Below the pieces are notes generated by a model. It was not told where the DNA came from. It ran no database searches and worked only from the letters and a program-made list of their open reading frames with translations. DNA of 41,553 nucleotides from a virus. A program made the translations under genes and the position numbers. The stretch lies in the UHGV virus genome UHGV-0389665. One strand, 5' to 3'. Below are positions 29,501 to 36,523 of this stretch, in pieces (the stretch's first letter is position 1; each line of letters begins with the position of its first letter).

Positions 29501-31078
29501 ATATATGACTGCTATGTGATATGCGATGATGATTCAAGAAAGTACATTGCTATTGAATATACAAATGACGATAATACTACAGTTGTAGGAAGAACACCGC
29601 AGCTTAGCACACAGCATTCCTATAGCAATCTTAAGCTGACCATGCGCTTTGACGATATTTCCCAGCCTTGCTCATCTTTCCGATATACCCGTACACCGTC
29701 TGGAGGCACGGAAGAAGAAATCGTTGTCTCAGAGATGAATGACTATAATACGCCTGGAACGACCCAGCCATTAAGTCACTTCACCCGTGCTGCAATCACT
29801 GGAAACAGTATATACCTATTGAACCGATCAGCGAAGGATCGTCCTTTAAAAGCAACTCTTAAACGTTTCTTTATAAGAACGGAGAAAACCGGACGTTACA
29901 TTTCAGCTACTTATAGCAATAAAACTCCGGCAGTTGGAGACACGGTTGATCAATCATTAATAAATGTTACCCTAACAGAGGCAGACGGGACAAAACAGAC
30001 CATATCAGATTTTACGATCACAGAAGCTGATCTCATATTAAAAGCGGGAATAAACACTTTTACTATAAATCATGATGGGCTTACATGTATCCTATCAATC
30101 CTGGTAGGTACCAGCTTAGTTATAACTCGGCAGCCAGAGAATGTCACAGCAAATGCTTGTGAATATGCATCCTTTGATATTGAAGCTACTGGTACAGACA
30201 TGTCCTATCAATGGAAATATTATACAAACAACAAATGGATGGATGCATCTACGGGAGCATCGTTAACGGTTGAAGCCTTAGGTGTACGCAATGGCAGACA
30301 ATATAAGTGTGTAGTATCAGATATTTTCGGGAATAGCGTTGAATCAAATGTTGCAACCTTGACAGTCAATACGCCAACAGCTGAGCAATATTACGACTTT
30401 GGCAGGAAGATAGCATATGTTCCACTATCTGGCCTAAATGAAAACAGCACTGTACTGGCTACCATTGAAGGATATTCCTATCCATCAAAAGACAACATCG
30501 GGGGTACTCACATGATCACCAGCAAGGCTCCGAGTAATAACACCGGCACCTGTGGCGTTACAATACAGTTTAACGCTGATACGTATGAATCCTTTTATCT
30601 ATGTATGAATCATACTCCATCCTCTCAAAGCGCGAATGTAGAGCGATATAGCAGGGTGTTCAAAACGGATCCATCTATACTGAAGTCTTATCCATTGACG
30701 GTATTATTGACACAGGATACATTTAAAACAAACTATGATGAAGTATCGGAATACAATGCAATTCCATCTCCTGGTACCCTCCAAAAATACTCTGGATATC
30801 TATACATAAATACGGGTGATAGAAAAACATCAGTAACAAAGAATCCTGAATACTATACTACAAGTCAATCTCTTACGGAAGCGATAGCAAGTGGAGAGCA
30901 ATACTATAACTTTGATACACTGAAAATCAGTAGACTAAAAGTATGGAAGGACAGGAAATATATCAGTATATCAGAAGCATTGGAATCGGCAGTTACCCCG
31001 GATATTGATATACAGATCGGGGACGATGGATTACCCTATAATGCCGGAACAAGCGGAGAATTGGTATGTAGCTTATAA
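26516..31078 (+). CDS. 1520-aa virion-associated protein: BppU-like N-terminal domain, glycoside hydrolase family 2 catalytic core, and bacterial Ig-like domain
   Basis: GH2 TIM-barrel motifs VVRLAHYPHD, NHPSIVFWGLSNELNG (acid/base NE) and LALTEYGAGG (nucleophile E) are roughly at nt 27930-28920. The Ig-like segment YQWKYYTNNKWMDASTGASLTVEALGVRNGRQYKCVVSDIFGNS is at about nt 30080-30330. No signal peptide. GGAGG RBS. Confidence 0.8.
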   Translation: MITVLFKDGSDYGEASGRLWQWDYGQTLRIQGLDLPTAAEIHFSLQQSGGEAVTRIGTTRDGVTEVVIPDSLLEGDQVQPYYIHVWVYLADETSGQTAKTAQIWINTRSKPEAFDKPEEVELFRDAIAAVNKAVEKAEAVGTVTPEQISVAVESYFESNPGTDINALEEATGLDYGIVISEDIQKKISMDHMVECIINRAIELGLINPVISGLSTYSVVNWSDNWSFTKDNSTYTIVNLPHTCNQSDGASQSMYRGKTWYSKDLVVSNDDGTKVFYIIFEAAGQKSTVYVDNVEIISYEGGYTPFIVKLANLTSGAHKIKIMCDNTADTNLIPVSADFNFNNGLHRDVYLFTQSLVGFDAVEFGDSRMHIIPSVVTIGSTSNASAKLSIKAKINNTGVKNINAVIRMTLYERSTGNTILSDSENVMLPSSGSYNYDATFDVTSVHLWNGIKDPFLYIVKLDLLVYGDILVDTLSDRIGFRKISLDEANGFLLNDKSYPLRGVAMHQDYPGVMSAMTKDCFDADYSTVIDIGCNVVRLAHYPHDKYAFQKCDELGLIVQTEIPWVNHCGVNATQEYYDCIKTNLASMIRNHYNHPSIVFWGLSNELNGSHWKGGGDPQGGYSYSKALEWNNLLYTYAKTLDSTRFIGFVAHPNTFNNTPANSADWSADWIGLNLYYGWYYGNFNGLTTALDHYHNHRPFLALTEYGAGGNPATHSETPLTTTTTGTGGAVHDEEYQNLFHESHLEQIQAKPWLVFTSLWVLFDFAVSGRNEGRMPYTNNKGLITRDRQVKKDSFFLYKAAWNPEPMIYITSRRFTAVRPDTISIKVYANTDSVSLYRADGTTLIATLTTATKCGVVWEFNNVSFSSSTSDEVFVVKGTKNGIEVRDEVTFYHEVQEAPGPEYDYHVDIDFTGSNDNLVANDKMGHATVSLSGFTGIATSGFNSAGYLNNTDGTGLVTISNLGLDQLSGPVEIGMEFADFSFTTINHRGRFIMMNDDIYDCYVICDDDSRKYIAIEYTNDDNTTVVGRTPQLSTQHSYSNLKLTMRFDDISQPCSSFRYTRTPSGGTEEEIVVSEMNDYNTPGTTQPLSHFTRAAITGNSIYLLNRSAKDRPLKATLKRFFIRTEKTGRYISATYSNKTPAVGDTVDQSLINVTLTEADGTKQTISDFTITEADLILKAGINTFTINHDGLTCILSILVGTSLVITRQPENVTANACEYASFDIEATGTDMSYQWKYYTNNKWMDASTGASLTVEALGVRNGRQYKCVVSDIFGNSVESNVATLTVNTPTAEQYYDFGRKIAYVPLSGLNENSTVLATIEGYSYPSKDNIGGTHMITSKAPSNNTGTCGVTIQFNADTYESFYLCMNHTPSSQSANVERYSRVFKTDPSILKSYPLTVLLTQDTFKTNYDEVSEYNAIPSPGTLQKYSGYLYINTGDRKTSVTKNPEYYTTSQSLTEAIASGEQYYNFDTLKISRLKVWKDRKYISISEALESAVTPDIDIQIGDDGLPYNAGTSGELVCSL

Positions 31079-31135
31079 CGAAACTGCACGGCCCTGGGAT
31101 TGTTCTGGGGCCTTATTTTTTGATGGAGGTACGAC

Positions 31136-31978
31136 ATGACAGCATTATTAAGGAGACAGGCCGTGATTGACAAGTACGCAGAGATCATAGGCCGCAACAT
31201 ATACAGCCAGTCCCTGAGGGATTACTGCTATAAGGTATACAAGGACGGCAAATATTACAGTGATTGCTCATCATCCATCTGCTACGCTTATCAGCAGGCA
31301 GGGCAAGGCTTCGGGGTCACAAATACTGCGGGCATGTACAACTCTACCAAACTGACCACGGTGGATGCGGACATAGCCCAGGGTATCCCTGACACGTCCC
31401 GGTTACGATCAGGGGACATGCTGCTGTTTGCCGGTACGGATGCCAGCAGGCCAAAGCGGATCGGCCACGTGGAGATGTACTGTGGAGATGGTATTATCTG
31501 CGGACATGGCAGCGGAAGACCGTCCTACAAAGACCTGACCGCCTACTGCAAGAGCCGGTACAACTCCTGGGCGTCCGGGGGCTGGCGTAAGGGCCTGGTG
31601 GCTGTGAAGCGATACATACAGGATGATGCAGTGACGGAGCCGGAGCAGCCGAGGAGATCTGGATGGCAGGATAACACAGACGGTTCCCGAAGCTTTTACC
31701 TGGGCAACACCGGGGAGCCAGTCCGCAATAGCTGGTACCTGTATACAGACGGTAAGTGGTACTGGTTTGACGGCGCCGGTCGCATGGTGATCAACACCTG
31801 GTATCAGTACAAGGGTGACTGGTACTACCTGGGTGCTGATGGCGCAATGGTAAAGGGCCTGCAGGCCAGCGGTGGGAAGTGGTATTATCTGGATCAGGAC
31901 GGCAAGTTGTCCATGGATCCGGTGGTGTTGACGCCCGATCAGGACGGGGCGCTGCGGTGGCCGGGGATGGGAGCGTAA
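31136..31978 (+). CDS. endolysin: NlpC/P60- or CHAP-like cysteine peptidase with C-terminal cell-wall-binding (YG/W-rich) repeats
   Basis: Catalytic-type Cys in DCSSSICYAY and His residues in IGHVEMYCGDGIICGHG. C-terminal repeats GKWYWFDGAGRMV, GDWYYLGADGAMV and GKWYYLDQDGKL. Confidence 0.85.
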   Translation: MTALLRRQAVIDKYAEIIGRNIYSQSLRDYCYKVYKDGKYYSDCSSSICYAYQQAGQGFGVTNTAGMYNSTKLTTVDADIAQGIPDTSRLRSGDMLLFAGTDASRPKRIGHVEMYCGDGIICGHGSGRPSYKDLTAYCKSRYNSWASGGWRKGLVAVKRYIQDDAVTEPEQPRRSGWQDNTDGSRSFYLGNTGEPVRNSWYLYTDGKWYWFDGAGRMVINTWYQYKGDWYYLGADGAMVKGLQASGGKWYYLDQDGKLSMDPVVLTPDQDGALRWPGMGA

Positions 31979-31982
31979 TAAA

Positions 31983-32012
31983 AAAGACAGCGGGGATTAT
32001 CGGTCCTCGCCG
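31983..32012. terminator. hairpin terminator between the convergent lysin (+) and HTH (-) genes
   Basis: GACAGCGGGGA-ttatcggt-CCTCGCCGTC imperfect stem with an A6 run on the 5' side, which becomes a U-run for the minus-strand transcript. Confidence 0.4.
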
Positions 32013-32013
32013 T

Positions 32014-32238
32014 CTACTTTGTGGGAAAGTGTGACTTGATATCACTGCACCCACATATATAATCCATGCTGACATCATAATGCTTTGCAAGCTTGATCAT
32101 AGATTCAAGCGGGATCCTGGTATTGCCCAGTTCGTAATCCGCATAAGTCCGCTGGCCCACATGCAGGATACTGGCAATGTAGGTCTGTGTATATTCATGG
32201 TCCTCTCGCAGTGACCGTAATCGCGTTGTGTAATGCAT
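32014..32238 (-). CDS. XRE-family helix-turn-helix transcriptional regulator
   Basis: 74 aa. LRSLREDHEYTQTYIASILHVGQRTYADYELGNTRIPLESMIKLAKHYDVSMDYI is a classic HTH_3 motif. Confidence 0.8.
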   Translation of the reverse strand: MHYTTRLRSLREDHEYTQTYIASILHVGQRTYADYELGNTRIPLESMIKLAKHYDVSMDYICGCSDIKSHFPTK

Positions 32239-32257
32239 GGTATACCTCCATCCACAT

Positions 32258-32331
32258 TGTACCCTAGAGTTATATACTCTATTGACTTTTAGAGTTATAA
32301 ACTCTAAAATAATACGTAAAGTGAAGGGGGG
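32258..32331. promoter_or_regulatory. divergent control region with two perfect palindromes TAGAGTTATATACTCTA and TTAGAGTTATAAACTCTAA (candidate operators of the adjacent HTH regulator)
   Basis: The palindromes are at about 32263-32279 and 32288-32306, separated by TTGACTTT (-35-like). They lie between the minus-strand HTH gene and the plus-strand 32349/32439 ORF. Confidence 0.55.
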
Positions 32332-32438
32332 GAATAGACATCATTATTATGGAAAGAACAGAGAATAAATACCATAATTTACCACATCCTTTTTGGTGGA
32401 TACGGCAGTACAATGTCCTTATAAAGGAGGGGATAGGT

Positions 32439-32606
32439 ATGGATAAAAAGCGAGAGGACAAGCCGCCAGAAGAACCTGACGAAGAGGAACTACTGAAAGA
32501 GTATGAATGGGCTGAGAAACACGTTCCAGATGATGTGATCCCGAAGCCGAAGCCGGGTGAATTTGAGAGGATTTGGAGAAGGATCCAGGAAGAAGGGAAG
32601 CAGTAA
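32439..32606 (+). CDS. small acidic hypothetical protein
   Basis: AAGGAGGGG RBS then ATG 32439, giving 56 aa rich in E/D/P. The track ORF is extended to 32349. Confidence 0.4.
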   Translation: MDKKREDKPPEEPDEEELLKEYEWAEKHVPDDVIPKPKPGEFERIWRRIQEEGKQ

Positions 32607-32665
32607 CACCTTGTCTGTCTGTCCCATATAATATAGTACAAACTATATTAGAGGAGGAGAAAAGA

Positions 32666-32881
32666 ATGTGTTGCTGTAGATGTTGTTGTAGATGCTGCTG
32701 TTGCTGCCCGTGGTGGTTCAGTTCTGGTGGAGGAAATAACTGGGGCGGAAACTGGGGTAACAATTGGGACCCATGCGCCAATGAGAGGCGTTGGGCATAT
32801 CGGGAAGGTTTTAATGATGGTTATAGAGTAGGATTTGAAGACGGGAGATGGAATAGGCGTCCATGTCCACGGTCAAACTAA
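32666..32881 (+). CDS. 71-aa poly-cysteine / Gly-Asn-Trp-repeat peptide
   Basis: Strong RBS GAGGAGGAG 8 nt upstream of ATG 32666. The product is MCCCRCCCRCCCCCPWWFSSGGGNNWGGNWGNNWDPCANERRWAYREGFNDGYRVGFEDGRWNRRPCPRSN. Confidence 0.45.
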   Translation: MCCCRCCCRCCCCCPWWFSSGGGNNWGGNWGNNWDPCANERRWAYREGFNDGYRVGFEDGRWNRRPCPRSN

Positions 32882-32925
32882 AATGTAACGAGGCGGGTAC
32901 CGGATGACCGGGCCCGCCAATCGCT

Positions 32926-33192
32926 TTAATCTACATCATATGCCTCGGACATCAAGCGGATTCCAAGGCGTATACCTTCAATAAACCCTTCCTCTTGACC
33001 GGCAACTAAGAGATTCATCTGAAGATCCATTAATTCCTCAAATTGATCATGTAATTCTGATGGCAGCTTAGCAATGAAATTCTGCTGTGCTATGTATGCC
33101 TGTTCTCTGATCAGAGAATACTTTTCCGACCGGCGCCCTACTGAATCTGCTGGTATAAGTCCACCATTATATATTTCTCTTATTAAATTCAT
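32926..33192 (-). CDS. hypothetical 88-aa protein
   Basis: AAGGAGG RBS 7 nt before ATG (MNLIREIYNGG...). The track ORF extends 18 codons further upstream. Confidence 0.45.
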   Translation of the reverse strand: MNLIREIYNGGLIPADSVGRRSEKYSLIREQAYIAQQNFIAKLPSELHDQFEELMDLQMNLLVAGQEEGFIEGIRLGIRLMSEAYDVD

Positions 33193-33304
33193 TAAAGACC
33201 TCCTTAAGCGATGTGTAGTTGTCACCAAATTTAATGTCCCAATCACGGTAGAACTACGATTTTTTTACATCCATCTGATGTATTACACATCAAAATGCGC
33301 CTAC

Positions 33305-33553
33305 AATCTACCAGTTTCTACTACCCTATTAGACACAATAAAGTCACAAATACACTGAAAAACAACGCAAAACCGTACTTTTTGGACGGTAAATATTAAC
33401 AACACTTTAATGTTGGGTGATTTTCAGAAGGGTAGGAATTAGTACTAAAATGGTTGAAAAGGGTAGGTTTTATAAGGGTTTGCGGGGATTCGGTAACCTT
33501 CTTGAATCTACCGCTTTCTACTAGGTTCTTGGGGCCTATTGGTCACAGTAAAG
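33305..33553. repeat. about 50-bp imperfect direct repeats (AATCTACC..TTTCTACTA...AAAGTCACAAAT) immediately 3' of the integrase gene; candidate integrase arm-type sites / attP region
   Basis: Copy A is at 33305-33352 and copy B at 33503-33553. Copy B abuts the integrase stop codon. Confidence 0.45.
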
Positions 33554-34690
33554 TCACAAATTAATTTTTATCTTTTCGATTTCGTTTCTTAAATCCTCTA
33601 ACTCACGGTGGCCATAGACTTTATTTGTTACATCACCTTTGAAGGAATGGCCCATCATTCGCTTGCGATCGTTTTCTTTTACTTCGTATTTTTCACAAAG
33701 GCGTGAGAATGTATGTCTGCAATCATGCGGCGTGTGTTTTGGCTCTCCCTGAAGGTTAAGCCTTTCAAGTAATTCATCTTCTCGTGCACGAAATTCCCAT
33801 GCGCTACAGGTGAGAAGCCGATTATATTTTTCTATTCGGTGTTTTACCATAGGATAAATCAAGGAGTGGATCGGTACGGTGCGGTTTTTACCGGCATCTG
33901 TTTTTAGACCACCCATAAAATACTTATCCTTTAGATTGACTTCAAGGCCAATGTATTCCGATATGCGCCAACCAGAGTAACACATGATCAGAAGCATCTC
34001 TGCGGTATCATCCGATCTGTTTTCCCACAGTGTTTTTAACTCTGCATCGGTGAAGGGCACACCATGTTCATCATCATCATCCTTTTTGATGCTCACAAAC
34101 TGGCTATAATCTTTATCGCACCATCCCCGTCCATCCGCATACTTATACATCTGGCGGTACAGGTTCTTGATGAGCTCCAGGCTGGCATGTTTTAGAGGGC
34201 AGGCATCCAAGTTGTCCTGAAGATCCTTCGAGCGGATGGCCCGAAACTCTTTGTTATAAAGTACTTTGCAGTTCTTATATGCCGCTCTAATCGAGTTTTT
34301 GTTTGAGTTTGAGTATTTGTTCCCTTCAGCAAATTTATCGGCGTAGAATGCCTCGTAGACCTCTGAGAAGGTCTTTTCTGGCTCCTCCGGCTCAATTCCT
34401 TTGAGGCGGTTGTAATCGGCCAGAATCTTCAGTGTCAGGTTATCGAGATTCTTAGTCTCATCCGGCAGCTGCAGGGTGGCCTCCATTCCAGGGGTATAGG
34501 TGCCGGCCTTGTAAGACGTAAGGACGACAAAGCCCTTCATCCAGTCATCTACATAGCAGAGGGCAGGAGGGCGGTTGCCGTCAAGATCCGCTGGCGGGTG
34601 GACCGCATAGGCATTTTTGCGTTTCTTCCCCAGGTACCGGATGGATCCGTAACCATTGGGGAGCCGTGGGTGTTTTTTCCGTGTTGGCAT
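33554..34690 (-). CDS. int: tyrosine site-specific integrase
   Basis: 378 aa. The C-terminal catalytic region HDCRHTFSRL...MMGHS...VYGH carries the R..H..R..Y tetrad. Confidence 0.9.
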   Translation of the reverse strand: MPTRKKHPRLPNGYGSIRYLGKKRKNAYAVHPPADLDGNRPPALCYVDDWMKGFVVLTSYKAGTYTPGMEATLQLPDETKNLDNLTLKILADYNRLKGIEPEEPEKTFSEVYEAFYADKFAEGNKYSNSNKNSIRAAYKNCKVLYNKEFRAIRSKDLQDNLDACPLKHASLELIKNLYRQMYKYADGRGWCDKDYSQFVSIKKDDDDEHGVPFTDAELKTLWENRSDDTAEMLLIMCYSGWRISEYIGLEVNLKDKYFMGGLKTDAGKNRTVPIHSLIYPMVKHRIEKYNRLLTCSAWEFRAREDELLERLNLQGEPKHTPHDCRHTFSRLCEKYEVKENDRKRMMGHSFKGDVTNKVYGHRELEDLRNEIEKIKINL

Positions 34691-34861
34691 TATATCATTC
34701 CTTTCTGATTTAGGGTAAAATTAATACGCCCTCTTGCCAGGACGCTCCAGGAATGATATAATCCAATTGTGATTAGTTGAATTGTATCTTCCTGGATTCG
34801 TCCAGCAAGAGAGAATCTATGTGAGAGCGGTTCCTGCTGGTAACAGGGCCGCTTTTCACAT

Positions 34862-34889
34862 TTGACAATTTCCGTATATTTGGTATAAT
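34862..34889 (+). promoter_or_regulatory. near-consensus sigma-A promoter TTGACA-16-TGgTATAAT (extended -10) reading into an ORF-free structured region
   Basis: TTGACA at 34862-67 and TATAAT at 34884-89 with TGG immediately upstream. Confidence 0.55.
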
Positions 34890-34895
34890 ATACTT

Positions 34896-35305
34896 AACAA
34901 GACAGCCAGTAAGGGAGGTTAGGGCTCCCCGCCCTGGCGTGATATTAAGCTAAGAGATAGCCGTCTACTTTGTCAGGAGCAGGGCGGCTATTTCTTATGT
35001 GTGTAAGTTAGGATTGCAACGATTAGTAATGCCACTGATGTGATTAACTGCAATTCCTCATATGTACTCATAAGCATCCCCTCCTGTCAAGACTCAGGAC
35101 GGGTGCCGCAGCCGCTCTACTGGCTGCCCGGGTAAGGATATTATATTTTCAAGGTGGTAGGTATAGGTTTTCGCACTTTGGTGCGAATGGCCCCGTAGGT
35201 GACCACCAAATGGTTGTCAGGTTTGTGGATTTTAAATCCATAAACCAATAGTGGCCATTTGGTGGGGGACTCTGGGAGTTCGTAGCTCCTGGGGCTTTTT
35301 GCTTG
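34896..35305 (+). ncRNA. candidate structured non-coding RNA of about 400 nt (promoter to terminator, no ORF above about 15 codons on the + strand)
   Basis: Nested hairpin with an 11-bp stem CCACCAAATGG (35203-13) / CCATTTGGTGG (35255-65) enclosing GTTTGTGGATTT..AAATCCATAAAC. Further hairpins TTCGCAC-tttg-GTGCGAA and AGGGC-tcccc-GCCCT. Terminator-like CUGGGAG-uucguag-CUCCUGG + GGCUUUUU at 35273-35300. Confidence 0.35.
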
Positions 35306-35319
35306 GATCTAATTGTCAG

Positions 35320-35967
35320 TTATTTTAGGCTTAAAGTAATTGTTTCTACTTTTGGATTATCCCAATTCCAGAGTTCTTTAATTTGTACGGTAATATCACT
35401 CATATCTGAAATTCTATAAGCTTTAGCAACATTAAGTGTTGTACCGGACATAACCTTCTTTGAATAGTTGTCAAAAGCTTCTTCTCGTTCATCGTATGAC
35501 AAGTATGCAGAATCACATTCAACACCATTTTGAAATACTGTAATAGAATAATCAGCCAAATACGCACCAGTAGGCTCGGTTTTCTTATTTGTATAGTCAT
35601 AGTAAAGCGCGACACAGGGGTAACCATCGTAATCAAAGGAATATACTTTATGGTCTGTATATTTAATAGAACAGGTGGCTATAGAAAAGTCGAATTTTGG
35701 CGCTTCCTGTGAAGCAATATAAACACCATCATTACCTACATAATAACCATCAGGAGTTGTGGTGTTGGAAAGCATAATACCGTTCTCGTCCATATAATAG
35801 CTTTTTCCAGCATCTTCAATCCAGCCGGTAGCAAAACTGCCATCGTCATTTTGATACATCCATTGACCGGCAGCTGGCGATACCCAGGTTCCAGCAAATG
35901 CGGTACTGCTTAATACCATGGACATTGCAAGCGCGGCGATAAATAATTTTATTTTTCTCATAAACAA
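35320..35967 (-). CDS. secreted protein with signal peptide, cell-wall-binding repeats and a C-terminal domain of unknown function (lysogeny-expressed cargo; superinfection-exclusion candidate)
   Basis: Signal peptide MFMRKIKLFIAALAMSMVLSSTAFA. Repeats GTWVSPAAGQWMYQNDDGSFATGWIEDAGKSYYMDENG. GGAGGG RBS. Sits between int and the ImmA/repressor pair. Confidence 0.7.
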   Translation of the reverse strand: MFMRKIKLFIAALAMSMVLSSTAFAGTWVSPAAGQWMYQNDDGSFATGWIEDAGKSYYMDENGIMLSNTTTPDGYYVGNDGVYIASQEAPKFDFSIATCSIKYTDHKVYSFDYDGYPCVALYYDYTNKKTEPTGAYLADYSITVFQNGVECDSAYLSYDEREEAFDNYSKKVMSGTTLNVAKAYRISDMSDITVQIKELWNWDNPKVETITLSLK

Positions 35968-36035
35968 ACCCTCCTTAGTTTTGGCTGTGCCATTTTTATT
36001 AAAAAGCCATAGGCTGATTAATTTTGTCTGTGCGT

Positions 36036-36518
36036 TTATAGAGTGAAGAATGTAGTTGTGATTTTTTGATTCATATATTGATATAATTCGCGCCTTGTTA
36101 AATCTCGATAGTCAATAGAGGGACTATGATATATTTGTGGCATCAATTCAATTGCAAAGAGATTTGCCTCATATTCATACAGGCTTTCTTCTTGGTCTTC
36201 AATATCAAAAAGGTTCAATCGCTCGTCTTTTTGCAATAGTACATGTCCGAGTTCGTGGGCACATACAATTTTTCCTGCATAAGAATTTAGTGCACTTGAT
36301 AAATATATCATTGCATTGATGGGGCTAACATTTTCTGGAATACTTTCTGGCTTTTCGAGTATGTCTGAAAAACCATATATTCCTTTGCTAAGTGAAATAA
36401 AACGCACCCCAATACCGGCCATCCTACATATTTCAAAGGGATTAGAAGTACCAAAAAGATTATTGCATCCTTTTGCCATCGACTTGAGTCTATCGTATCT
36501 TTTGCGATTAATCTCCAT
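36036..36518 (-). CDS. ImmA/IrrE-family zinc metallopeptidase (anti-repressor protease)
   Basis: HELGH motif in AHELGHVLLQ. 160 aa. Directly downstream of an XRE repressor in the same orientation. Confidence 0.8.
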   Translation of the reverse strand: MEINRKRYDRLKSMAKGCNNLFGTSNPFEICRMAGIGVRFISLSKGIYGFSDILEKPESIPENVSPINAMIYLSSALNSYAGKIVCAHELGHVLLQKDERLNLFDIEDQEESLYEYEANLFAIELMPQIYHSPSIDYRDLTRRELYQYMNQKITTTFFTL

Positions 36519-36523
36519 ACTCC

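Noticed and set aside
32279-32781. Minus-strand ORFs 32279..32641 and 32419..32781 (Q/H/S-rich low-complexity products)
   Set aside because: They are antisense to the acidic and Cys-rich ORFs. Their low-complexity translation mirrors the tgttg/gaggaa repeats, and they lack an RBS. The plus-strand ORFs have strong RBS and sit in a regulated operon context.
35203-35300. Possible complete tRNA (anticodon-like loop UUUUAAA at 35230-36 and T-arm-like hairpin at 35274-35290)
   Set aside because: The two elements are too far apart (about 32 nt between them), and no acceptor 5' strand complementary to GGGGCTT is present. At most it is a tRNA 3' fragment (attP core) or part of an unrelated structured RNA.
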